A stretch of DNA of 64,000 nucleotides from Nitrospirota bacterium (GCA_963796285.1 CAWCKW010000012.1:96001-160000), one strand, 5' to 3'. Shown: positions 41,146-50,364, counted from the stretch's first letter. Notes: a model not told the origin generated them from the sequence alone. Program-made: numbers and translations.

Positions 41146-42384
41146 TTAACGTTCACTTCCCTGTACGGCGATGTTCCTGCGCTTCATTATCACGATCAGA
41201 AAAACAGCCCCGCATATCAATCCTCCCATGGCAAAGGTGAGAGGCGCTTTGATCCAGTGGGCGACAGAGCCGGCAAACAAGCTCCCGAACGGGGTCAGTC
41301 CCCCGAACGCCAGGGTGTAGATGCTCATCACGCGACCGCGCAAGCGGTCCTCGGTGTTCAGCTGGATCGTGGTATTTGCCATGCCGAAGAAGGTCACCAT
41401 GGACCAGCCGGACAAGGCAAGCAGGAGCGCGGTAAGGCCGTATGATCTCTGTAGACCGATGAGGACGAGAACAAGCGAGAGGCACATCCCGCCTCCGAGG
41501 AGTAAGCTTGTCTTCGGTCCATAACGGCTGAGCACGGCGAGAGAGAAAGCGCCGATCAACGCGCCGGCGCCGAAGGATGACATGAGGAAGCCGAATGCCG
41601 CCGCATCGCGGTGCAGCTCCATCTTCGCGAACACCGGGACGAGCACATTGAAGTTCGTGCCGAAGACGCTGACCACGGATACCAGCAGGATCGTCATCAG
41701 GACCAGGGGTGTGGTTTTGATATACGTGATGGCTTCTCCCATGTCCTCAAGAACGTTATAGTCCGGTTTCCGCCTGTCCGTGGCGCGCTCCACCCGCATG
41801 AACAAGAGGCCTGCCAGCACCGCGAGAAAACTGACGCCATTCATAAAAAAACAAACTGCGGTTCCCATGGCCGCGATCAACATCCCGGCGAGCGCAGGAC
41901 CGATGGCGCGGGCCGCGTTGAAGATGGACGAATTAAGCGCGACCGCGTTCATGAGGTCCTCCTTGCCGACCATCTCCATGATGAATGCCTGCCGTGCAGG
42001 CATGTCGATGGTGTTGACGACGCCGAGGAGGGTGGCAAGAATGATGATGTGCCAGTATTGCACGGCCCCGGTCCAGACCAGAAGCGACAGGACGAACGCC
42101 AGGACCATGAGCGCGGCCTGGGTCCAGATGATCATCCTGCGTTTGTCGAAGTAGTCAATGAAGGGTCCGGTAAAGAGCGAGAGGAACAGCATGGGAAGGA
42201 ACTGGAGCGCTGACACGATACCGAGTTTCAGAGATGAGTGGGTCAGCTCCAGTACCAGCCACGCCTGCCCCACGTTCTGCATCCAGGTGCCGATGAGGGA
42301 CACAAGCTGTCCGGACCAGAACAAACGGAAGTTCCGGTGGCGCAGGGAGCGGAAGAGGGCTTTTGTAATAGATGTTTCTTGCAT
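41146..42384 (-). CDS. MFS transporter (H+ antiporter-like)
   Basis: 12 TMs; RNFRLFWSGQ..S..GTWMQ, PARQAF, NAVALNS. Confidence 0.9.
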   Translation of the reverse strand: MQETSITKALFRSLRHRNFRLFWSGQLVSLIGTWMQNVGQAWLVLELTHSSLKLGIVSALQFLPMLFLSLFTGPFIDYFDKRRMIIWTQAALMVLAFVLSLLVWTGAVQYWHIIILATLLGVVNTIDMPARQAFIMEMVGKEDLMNAVALNSSIFNAARAIGPALAGMLIAAMGTAVCFFMNGVSFLAVLAGLLFMRVERATDRRKPDYNVLEDMGEAITYIKTTPLVLMTILLVSVVSVFGTNFNVLVPVFAKMELHRDAAAFGFLMSSFGAGALIGAFSLAVLSRYGPKTSLLLGGGMCLSLVLVLIGLQRSYGLTALLLALSGWSMVTFFGMANTTIQLNTEDRLRGRVMSIYTLAFGGLTPFGSLFAGSVAHWIKAPLTFAMGGLICGAVFLIVIMKRRNIAVQGSER

Positions 42385-42777
42385 AGCCTTATTGCAGGTT
42401 GTTGAATATAGTATAGCATGGGGACATCTGATCGAAAACGGGGAGGATGATTAGCACTGTGGATTTTATCCGGAGCATCGACTTCACCGGCAACGCTATT
42501 GTTCTGACGAACAGGAACATTAAATGCTTATCCATGGCAGGTCGGATGTCCGATGCTGCCTTGTTAGTCGTGACATCTCATGAAATTATTACATCGTTTA
42601 CGTCGACTGCCTTCCGGCCGGTTTGGCATTTGACGCAGTATGCTTCTGATGATTGGCTTGTTCAAAATACGTCGGATCCAGAGAGTGAAAGCGGGCAGGA
42701 CGGCAAGTACGCAACGATTCAAGCTCTTTGTTTGGCACGACAATGGAAGGCGCACACTCGCCTGGCAACCGTGGCGA

Positions 42778-43647
42778 TTAGGAGGTGGTTGTTGACAAAC
42801 CCAAGATCTTAGATTTCACCGCATTTTTGTCGGCTTCTCCGGCAGCATTCATAAGTTCTTCGGCCTTTGCGATCAATTCATCTATTGTGTATGTCGCGCG
42901 TTCGCAGGTAACGACACCTGTCCGGAACGTTACCGGCCAGCCCTTTTTTTTCACCACACCCATAAGACGTTCCTGGACTTTATGAATAATAACCTTGGCG
43001 TTCTCATTTGTTGTTTCCGGCATAAGAACATCGAATTTGGCACCTCCAAGCCTTGATATAATATCTGTTGACCGCAATGTCGACCTCATGATCTGTGCAA
43101 CTTCATGAAGAAGGTAATCGCCGGCAATATGGCCGAGAGTGTCATTGACGTATCTTAAATTAACTATATCGACATACGCGAGAGTGAGCGGTAGTTTATG
43201 TTTAACAGCTCTGCTGATCTCAATACGTGCCTGCTCATAAAAGAATTTGATGCTGGCTACGCCCGTCAAATTGTCAGTGTCGGCATGCTCATGTTCCTTT
43301 AGAAATAATTTCTTTACAGCTGAAATGGAATATGCGACGAATAAAAACATACCTAGAATCATGACGGTGTTCCAAATGCGAACAGAGATATGGGAATAAA
43401 TATGCCCGGACACCAGGTCAGACGTGGCCCAGGTGATAGCACTGAAAATTGCTATCAGGGTGGCAGGAAGTCCTCCCTCGTACCAGGCGATCAGTGCGAT
43501 GGGAAGAAGATAGAGAACTGTAACGGAAACATCATAACTCGTAATGGTATCAAGACCGCCGATCGCCAATATGATGAGTAATCCGAACAGCGTAAGGATG
43601 GGTTTTGGGAGTTTTTCAGGAAATTCACTGATCGTCTTTATGCGCAT
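42778..43647 (-). CDS. Membrane GGDEF-domain protein with degenerate active site
   Basis: Four TMs; DNLTG, VNDTLGH..GD, RSTD..SRLGGAKF in place of GGDEF. Confidence 0.8.
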   Translation of the reverse strand: MRIKTISEFPEKLPKPILTLFGLLIILAIGGLDTITSYDVSVTVLYLLPIALIAWYEGGLPATLIAIFSAITWATSDLVSGHIYSHISVRIWNTVMILGMFLFVAYSISAVKKLFLKEHEHADTDNLTGVASIKFFYEQARIEISRAVKHKLPLTLAYVDIVNLRYVNDTLGHIAGDYLLHEVAQIMRSTLRSTDIISRLGGAKFDVLMPETTNENAKVIIHKVQERLMGVVKKKGWPVTFRTGVVTCERATYTIDELIAKAEELMNAAGEADKNAVKSKILGLSTTTS

Positions 43648-43860
43648 AACCGCGATGCTTACAGTGGCAGATGCAATTAAAGATCTTCTTTGCCCGCCCT
43701 GTAAGTTTAACCTCCGGTAATGGTATGAGCCTATCCTGTAACATAACGCCAATCGTTCGTGCCATCATCCATTGCAGATACTATCTTATGGCCGCAGAAA
43801 ATACCAGCAGAAATATGAACATGCAGAGCTTGTTTAAATGGTACTGGTTGCAGGAAGGAG

Positions 43861-44178
43861 TTACTGCCTACTGACGCTTTTGCCACGCCCGGCCAGGTCC
43901 AATACGAGACAGGAACTTACCTGGGATCCGGGTCTGTTCTTGCGCAGGAGATGGAGTTTGCCGCCCATCCATTGGCCTCCGAAAAATGCGCCGATCAGAA
44001 TGGGGAAGGTTATGAGCTGCCAGCCCAGGCCGGAGAGCAGGCGGAGAGCTATCACAAAGGGGACCGGCGCGTGGATCGAAAGGAACCAGCGGGTCGAAAG
44101 CTTCCGCTCGTTCGCCCTCCAGTACCCGAAGGGAAGATTAAGAATAAAAACAAGTATTGCCACGGTAACAATATTCAT
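43861..44178 (-). CDS. Small membrane hypothetical protein
   Basis: RBS GGGAG; NLPFGYWR...WFLSIHAPVP...GQ..G pattern with hydrophobic segments. Confidence 0.65.
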   Translation of the reverse strand: MNIVTVAILVFILNLPFGYWRANERKLSTRWFLSIHAPVPFVIALRLLSGLGWQLITFPILIGAFFGGQWMGGKLHLLRKNRPGSQVSSCLVLDLAGRGKSVSRQ

Positions 44179-44388
44179 TGGCGTCTCCCGATATACAGTA
44201 TGCAATATAGTACGACGGAATTGTAAACATTGCAAGAGAAGAGATAAAGGACAATATCTTTAAAATCTTATGGGTTTGCAGAACATCAAGGCATTGATAG
44301 CTCTTTCTGTAATAGGGACGAGTCGACCGGCCGGCAAAGGGATATCTTACGGGAAGGTATCTTCACGACCATAAACGGTCACAATAAA

Positions 44389-44514
44389 TTATCTGCTTTT
44401 TCTGCGGTCCCTGCCGGACCTTCTGTCCTCTTTACTTCCTTTACATCTCCGTTCAGGACCCTTGAAGTCTGGATCATTGCTTTTTCTTCGATCTTGAATT
44501 GATCTTCGATCCAT
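44389..44514 (-). CDS. 41-aa Arg-rich DRR/ERR-repeat small protein (not in ORF track)
   Basis: MDRRSIQDRRKSNDPDFKGPERRCKGSKEDRRSGRDRRKSR; GAGGT 5 nt upstream of ATG. Confidence 0.6.
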   Translation of the reverse strand: MDRRSIQDRRKSNDPDFKGPERRCKGSKEDRRSGRDRRKSR

Positions 44515-44600
44515 GTAAGACCTCACAAGAATTTGCTGCTTTCAGGATGAAAGCGGTTTATTTTCGAAATCGCCCATTAATTACAAATTACGGGAAGAAA

Positions 44601-44746
44601 CCTAACCTGGACAAACCGGAACCGAAAGATCAAAACAGAAAAGCGTCTCTCGCAAAGACGCAAAGGTCGCCAAGAAAATCTTTAAGTCTTGGTTTTAAAC
44701 AACAAATAATTTAGCCTTTCTTTGCGAACTTTGCGTCTTTGCGAGA
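44601..44746. repeat. CCTAAC-leader motif plus inverted 8/9-nt array
   Basis: CCTAACCTGGACAAACCGGAACC; TCTCGCAAAGACGCAAAGGTCGCCAAG...CTTTGCGAACTTTGCGTCTTTGCGAGA. Confidence 0.7.
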
Positions 44747-44797
44747 AATATTCTTGCCGTTTTAAGTAGAAATTGATTCCTTAGTTACTAAACGTCT

Positions 44798-46699
44798 TTA
44801 CCCCCTCAACACCCGTTTGTCCCCGACCCGTTGTGTCAACTTCTGCGAGTCGAAGTATTCCATGAGCGGCACGGCGAACTTGCGGGAGGTCCTGGCGAGG
44901 TCCCGGAACTCGGCCATGGTGATCTCTTTCTTTTCCTCAAGATTCTTTCTGAGATCGACCCTGATCGTTTCAACTACATTCTTATCCAGATGAAGTGAGT
45001 CAGTGATCCTGACGGTCCGGCCTTCGTCAGCGAGCAGCTTCAGCAGGTCCTTCGCGTCCTTGTCCGATATGTTGAAGAGGGCGGGGAGCTCTTCCCGGAC
45101 CGGGGGCTGGGTGCCGCCTTTCTTGATCGCCTCCACGATCCTGTTCTTGACCTCGTCATTGATCTTGCCGCCTGCTGCCTTGAAACCCGGGACCTTGAGC
45201 TTGGAGCCATCGGTCTCCAGCTGCTTCTTCTTCACGAGACCGTCAATGGCCACGTTCAGGACCTTCGGGTTTATCCTCATGCGCAGCATGCCCTTGAGCT
45301 CTTCCTTGTCCAGGCCGGCCTTGAGCGGATTGTCTTTGTGGAACTGTTTGATGAGGTCAAGCGTCTTTTTTTCGAGTGCCGCAAGATGGGCAGTATGTAC
45401 ATAGAGATTGTCTACCCGCAGCACCGTTTTCTTCTGCGCAAGGGCAGCGAGCGCCGAGGTGATCTCCTGTTTGTCAGCCGCGATTACGCCGATGGCCGCG
45501 GTCTCTTCCATGCCGGTAAGGCCTCTACCGGAGACCAGGAGCGCAAGCCGGTCCTCCGTGTTGCCCGTTTCAAGAATGCTGAGGTTCTCGAGTGACCCCT
45601 TCATCGTCGCGGTCTTGTGCCGCCGCGTATGAGGATTCAGCACCATGCCGCCGCCGAGGGTTTCCATGGGAGAGTAGAAACGAAGAATAAACCGGTCGCC
45701 GTGCTGGATGATCATTGGTTGTTCCATCCGGAGCTGGACAAAGGCCTCTTCGCCCGGCGCGAGCTGGTTCGTCCCGAGGATCGTGATCCTGCCGATGGCC
45801 TCCTGCGTGGTGTTGTAGAACCGGATGCGCGAACCGGTCTTGAGCCCGCGGGGCGCCTGTTTGAGAAGGGTGAGCTTTGCATCGAGTGTTTTAGTCGGCG
45901 TAAAGAACCCGGCGCTCACGATGGTGTCGCCGCGCGCGAGCTGGTTTTTCTCGATTCCCTGGAGGTTCACGGCGGTGCGTTGGCCCGCCACTGCGCGCTG
46001 GGCCGCCTGGTTGTGGGACTGGATGCCGCGTACTTTTGTTTTGATCCCCTTCGGCAGGATCTCGACTTCCTGTTCCGTGCTGATCGTGCCGGCAAGCAAG
46101 GTGCCGGTAATGACCGTGCCGAAGCCTTTCATAGTGAAGACCCTGTCGATCGGGAGACGCAGAATGCCGTTCGATGATTTGGGCGTCACCTCGGCCGCGA
46201 GCCTGCCAAGCTCCTGGATAAGGAGCGGAAGGTTCTCGCCGGTCTTGGATGAGACCGGTACAAGAGGGGCCTTTTCGAGGAACGTGCCTTTGACGACCTC
46301 GCGGACCTCGTCCTGCACGAGCGGGAGCCAGTCCTTGTCCACCAGATCCATCTTCGTCAGCACGATGAGCCCCTTTTTCACGTGCAACAGGTCGCAGATG
46401 GCAAGGTGTTCGCGGGTCTGCGGCATGACGCCTTCGTCAGCGGCGATCACGAGCATCACCATGTCCATGCCGCCGACGCCGGCGAGCATGTTCTTGATAA
46501 GCCCTTCATGGCCGGGCACGTCCACGATACCGAGGCGGTTGCCGCCCGGAAGGTCCAGTGACGCGAACCCGAGGTCAAGGGTGATGCCGCGCTCCTTCTC
46601 TTCCTTGAGGCGGTCCGGGTCCGTACCGGTGAGGGCCTTGACAAGGCTCGATTTACCGTGGTCGATATGTCCTGCTGTGCCGAGGATGATGTATTTCAT
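44798..46699 (-). CDS. selB: Selenocysteine-specific elongation factor
   Basis: GTAGHIDHGKS, RGITLDLG, DVPGH, C-terminal winged helix SRKFAVPLMEYFD...RVGD.R. Confidence 0.95.
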   Translation of the reverse strand: MKYIILGTAGHIDHGKSSLVKALTGTDPDRLKEEKERGITLDLGFASLDLPGGNRLGIVDVPGHEGLIKNMLAGVGGMDMVMLVIAADEGVMPQTREHLAICDLLHVKKGLIVLTKMDLVDKDWLPLVQDEVREVVKGTFLEKAPLVPVSSKTGENLPLLIQELGRLAAEVTPKSSNGILRLPIDRVFTMKGFGTVITGTLLAGTISTEQEVEILPKGIKTKVRGIQSHNQAAQRAVAGQRTAVNLQGIEKNQLARGDTIVSAGFFTPTKTLDAKLTLLKQAPRGLKTGSRIRFYNTTQEAIGRITILGTNQLAPGEEAFVQLRMEQPMIIQHGDRFILRFYSPMETLGGGMVLNPHTRRHKTATMKGSLENLSILETGNTEDRLALLVSGRGLTGMEETAAIGVIAADKQEITSALAALAQKKTVLRVDNLYVHTAHLAALEKKTLDLIKQFHKDNPLKAGLDKEELKGMLRMRINPKVLNVAIDGLVKKKQLETDGSKLKVPGFKAAGGKINDEVKNRIVEAIKKGGTQPPVREELPALFNISDKDAKDLLKLLADEGRTVRITDSLHLDKNVVETIRVDLRKNLEEKKEITMAEFRDLARTSRKFAVPLMEYFDSQKLTQRVGDKRVLRG

Positions 46700-46704
46700 G
46701 AATT

Positions 46705-46735
46705 CAGAATACAGACGTCAGAGGACAGATGACAG
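46705..46735. repeat. CAGANNN heptamer array (left arm)
   Basis: cagaata cagacgt cagagga cagatga cag. Confidence 0.75.
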
Positions 46736-46737
46736 CG

Positions 46738-47091
46738 CTACAGGGATTTTGAAAAACCAACAATCATGGCAGCGATTTCGTCCGCCTCGGCCGTCAGATG
46801 GGTAAAGGCTTCTTGATTGCAAAATTTCATTCGTAATGCGATCTCAAGACAAGCCATTACCTCGTAGTCAGACCGCAAAGCAATTTCTAAAAATCGTTTA
46901 AACTCTTTTTCAGAGGAATTACCGCTTCCTTCTGCGATATTAAGGGCAATGGATATAGCCGCCCTTCTGATTTGACTTGTCAGGCCGTACAGCTCTTCTT
47001 TTGGAAAATTTCCAGTTATTCTGTAAATCTCAACAGCATATGCAATCGATCGTTGATAGATTTTGAGGTTTCTGAAATTGTGTTTCTTCAT
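46738..47091 (-). CDS. Four-helix-bundle protein (23S rRNA IVP/Avd-like)
   Basis: FRNLKIYQ, FPKEELYGLTSQIRRAAISIALNIAEG, EFKRFLEIALRS. Confidence 0.92.
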   Translation of the reverse strand: MKKHNFRNLKIYQRSIAYAVEIYRITGNFPKEELYGLTSQIRRAAISIALNIAEGSGNSSEKEFKRFLEIALRSDYEVMACLEIALRMKFCNQEAFTHLTAEADEIAAMIVGFSKSL

Positions 47092-47101
47092 GATTTGTCA
47101 G

Positions 47102-47162
47102 TCTTCTGCATTCTGAACTATCACGGTTTGTCTGTCGTCTGTGCTCTGTCTTCTGTCGTCTG
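47102..47162. repeat. NNNTCTG heptamer array (right arm), overlapping the selA 3' end
   Basis: tcttctg cattctg ... ttgtctg tcgtctg tgctctg tcttctg tcgtctg. Confidence 0.75.
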
Positions 47163-48569
47163 AACTATTTTCCCCACCGCTTCCACGATCTTCCCGATCT
47201 CACCGTCATTCAGCGTCCGCGGGTCGAAGATGACCATGTCTTCCTTGATGCGCGAGATGATGTGCGGTGTGCCGGTGCGAAGGCGGAATTCGATGTCGTT
47301 CGCGCTCAACTTATCGTGCCGGATGCAGACGGTCCTGGTGGGGAAGTTGCCCATGGGCAGTGCGCCGCCGCCGCTCTGGGAGGTGTCGTCCTGGATGGTT
47401 ATCGACAATTCCTTGTTGCCGATGCCGTGAAGACCGTCAGCCATGAGCGCGGCCTTGCGCTCGATCTCGCTCAGCGGCTGGGTCAGCATCCAGAGCGTGG
47501 GGACCTCTCGGACGGCCTTCCCCATGTCAAGGTACTGTCCGAGCGTGGCATCGAGCGCGGCAAGCGTCATTTTATCGAGGCGGAGGGCACGGGCAAGGGG
47601 ATTGGACCTTATCGCCTCAAGGTGTGTTTTTTTGCCGAGGATCAGACCCGCTTGCGGCCCGCCCAATAGTTTATCGCCGCTGAAGGTGAGCACGTCCACG
47701 CCGGAATTCACGGCGTGCTGCACCGTGGGCTCGTCGCCCGCGCCGAAGGCCGCGAGGTCCACGAAGCTGCCGCTTCCCAGGTCCCACATCACGGGAAGGC
47801 CGTGCTTCCTGCCGAGTTTTGCCAGCTCCTCAGGCGAGACCTCCTTGGTGAACCCGACGATCTTGTAGTTGCTCGCGTGGACCTTGAGCAGCAGGCCCGT
47901 TTTCTCGTTGATCGCCTTTTCGTAATCCTTGAGATGGGTCTTGTTCGTGGTGCCCACTTCCCGAAGGATGGCGCCGCTCCGTTCCATCACGTCCGGCACG
48001 CGGAAGGACCCGCCGATCTCGACGAGTTCGCCGCGCGAGACGATGACCTCCTTGCCGCGGGCAAGGGTGTTCAGGCAGAGGAGCACGGCTGCCGCGTTGT
48101 TGTTCACGGCTGTGGCGGCCTCTACGCCGGTGAGACGGGTAAGGATGCCTTCGATGTGGACATGGCGTTTGCCGCGCTCGCCTGCCAAGAGGTCGTACTC
48201 AAGGTTCGAATAGCTCCTGCTGACCTCGATGACGCGCTGGATGGCCTTGTCCGACAGAATGGAGCGGCCAAGGTTGGTATGGACGATCACGCCGGTGGCG
48301 TTTATGACCGGCTTGAGGCTCGGCTCGGACAGCTCCTTGAGGATGATCTCCGCGTGATTCAGGACGCCTTCGATGGAAAACAGCGCATCATCGATAGTTC
48401 GGCCCGTTTTGGCGTCCGCGGTCTGGAGGACGGCCTTCCTCCGGGCGTCGATCGCGGTCCTGATAGCCTCGAGCACCAGTACGCGGGGGGTCGATACAAG
48501 CCATTGTTTGGTCCTGCTTTCCTTCAGCACTTCATCAACCGATGGAAGTTGTTTGAGCAGCTCCTTCAT
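47121..48569 (-). CDS. selA: L-seryl-tRNA(Sec) selenium transferase
   Basis: LPSVD, VINATGVIVHTNLGR, VNNNAAA, SRGELVEIGGSFR, FSGDKLLGGPQAG. Confidence 0.96.
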   Translation of the reverse strand: MKELLKQLPSVDEVLKESRTKQWLVSTPRVLVLEAIRTAIDARRKAVLQTADAKTGRTIDDALFSIEGVLNHAEIILKELSEPSLKPVINATGVIVHTNLGRSILSDKAIQRVIEVSRSYSNLEYDLLAGERGKRHVHIEGILTRLTGVEAATAVNNNAAAVLLCLNTLARGKEVIVSRGELVEIGGSFRVPDVMERSGAILREVGTTNKTHLKDYEKAINEKTGLLLKVHASNYKIVGFTKEVSPEELAKLGRKHGLPVMWDLGSGSFVDLAAFGAGDEPTVQHAVNSGVDVLTFSGDKLLGGPQAGLILGKKTHLEAIRSNPLARALRLDKMTLAALDATLGQYLDMGKAVREVPTLWMLTQPLSEIERKAALMADGLHGIGNKELSITIQDDTSQSGGGALPMGNFPTRTVCIRHDKLSANDIEFRLRTGTPHIISRIKEDMVIFDPRTLNDGEIGKIVEAVGKIVQTTEDRAQTTDKP

Positions 48570-48733
48570 GAGCAGTACCATAACATAGCCTTTGATGAAT
48601 TTCAACAGGACATTTCCCTTTCGCACAGGCTTCCGTCCTTGATTGAGCTTGACTTATAAGGGCGAATATGTCAATTTTATATGCATCCATGCGGTCGTAC
48701 GGCAAGGATGATGATCCCGAAAAAATCGGATTT

Positions 48734-48906
48734 AACCGCAGAGTCGCAGAGGAAACCAATTAATTCTTAAGATTTATTTCTCCGCGTCTCAGCCTGTGCC
48801 CAGCGTTAACGAGTGCTCGGCGTAGCCTGCTCTTGCCTGTGGCCGCGATATGGCAACAGCAGGCTACGAAAACGCGGCCATAAACGAGTGCAGGGTACGT
48901 CTCCGC
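48734..48906. repeat. Nested palindromic repeat cluster
   Basis: CGCAGAG array; CCTGTGCCC...AGGGTAC element; inner hairpin flanked by direct repeat AACGAGTGC. Confidence 0.6.
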
Positions 48907-48982
48907 AATGGATGTTGATTTCTTATGAATGCATCAAGGCAGTTGTCCGGTCCGCGATCAACACACTACGAGCGAGGTGCTT

Positions 48983-49990
48983 ATGAACAGACGGAAATTC
49001 ATCACCGGCGTTGCAGCATCAGGAGTTGCTCTTGCTGCGGGAGAGTTGTTCGTTCCCTTTGCCGAAGCGGCCGATATTCCCAAGTTCAATTTCGCACACC
49101 TCACCGATCTGCACCTCGATGTGAAGGGTGAGAGCAACTGGCAGCACCGGGAGAAGAGCGTACCCCTGTTCATCGAGGCGCTGCGTCAGCTGCAGCGGCT
49201 GCCGAAGCTGAACTTTGTCGTTTTCGGCGGCGACCAGATCCACTATGGCCCGAACGATAAAGCGTCCCTCGGCGTATTCCAGAAGTGGACCGAGCACCTC
49301 AACATGCCGTACTACATTCTGCTCGGCAATACCGAGGTTTCGCCGGTCAGCGGCATGTCGAAGCTGTCGAAAGAGGACTACCTCAAGGCGTGGAGCGGGC
49401 ATGGTTTGAAGCCGGGCCATTCGTCATGGGCCTTCGATCCCGTGCGCGGGGTGCGGGTGATCGGGTTCGATGTCACCGTGGACGGCAAACCGTACGGAGA
49501 TGCGAACGCCAAGGGTCTTGAGTGGCTTGAGGGCGAGCTGAATGAGTACAGGAGCAAGAAGCTCATTATCGTTTTCACGCACCAGCTGGTGATGCCGACA
49601 ACGCCCAGGGACACCAGCCTCATATGGTCATTCTGGATGGTGAGGAACCACGAGAAACTGCGCAGCATACTTGAACAATATCCGAACGTCCGGCTCGTCG
49701 TCTCCGGCCACCATCACGCCTCCCGGGTGACAACCTCCGGCAGGGTCACCTATGTGGCCGACCCCGCGATCGTTACCTACCCCTGCGCGTTCAGGTTCTT
49801 TTCCGTGAGCAAGGAAGGGATCCACTTGAAGAACATCGGCCTGGAGGACAAGGCGACCGTTGACCGTGCCAGGGAACTCCTGGTATCGGACCCTTACGCC
49901 AGGATGTACGATCCCGCGGCACCGCAGACCGTGGCTGATTACAGCATAGGGTTGACCGAGAAGGACCGCGAGACAACGATAAAGCTGTAA
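48983..49990 (+). CDS. Tat-exported calcineurin-like metallophosphoesterase
   Basis: NRRKFI signal; TDLH, GGD, GNTE (variant of GNHD/E), THQ, SGHHH. Confidence 0.85.
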   Translation: MNRRKFITGVAASGVALAAGELFVPFAEAADIPKFNFAHLTDLHLDVKGESNWQHREKSVPLFIEALRQLQRLPKLNFVVFGGDQIHYGPNDKASLGVFQKWTEHLNMPYYILLGNTEVSPVSGMSKLSKEDYLKAWSGHGLKPGHSSWAFDPVRGVRVIGFDVTVDGKPYGDANAKGLEWLEGELNEYRSKKLIIVFTHQLVMPTTPRDTSLIWSFWMVRNHEKLRSILEQYPNVRLVVSGHHHASRVTTSGRVTYVADPAIVTYPCAFRFFSVSKEGIHLKNIGLEDKATVDRARELLVSDPYARMYDPAAPQTVADYSIGLTEKDRETTIKL

Positions 49991-50031
49991 AGAAAATAGA
50001 TCATAACACTCACATCCGGAGGATCGAACAC

Positions 50032-50298
50032 ATGCGTACGATCTTATTTCTCATTTCCGGCCTTCTCCTTATGGCTTCGCTTCTCATTGTGGCAAAGCTG
50101 TTCTCCGAGCATTTCCCCTCGGCGCCAAATTGGGCAGTCGCTCTTGGACTGAGTTTCTGGTTAGCGGTCACCGGCACCAACATGTGGATAGGCGTTTCCA
50201 AGGCAGGCTACTCGGTCGCCGAGGAAATGCCCATACTACTTCTACTGTTCGTTGTACCGGCAGCGGCAGCTATCTTGCTGCGCTGGCGGTTCTTATAA
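50032..50298 (+). CDS. Small membrane hypothetical protein
   Basis: RBS GGAGG; three TMs; NMWIGVSKAGYS..EE. Confidence 0.7.
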   Translation: MRTILFLISGLLLMASLLIVAKLFSEHFPSAPNWAVALGLSFWLAVTGTNMWIGVSKAGYSVAEEMPILLLLFVVPAAAAILLRWRFL

Positions 50299-50364
50299 GT
50301 TGTCCGATTCATCGCCGGCCGAACGGCGGGTGCGTACGGCGAAACCCTGAATCTGAGAGGCACA

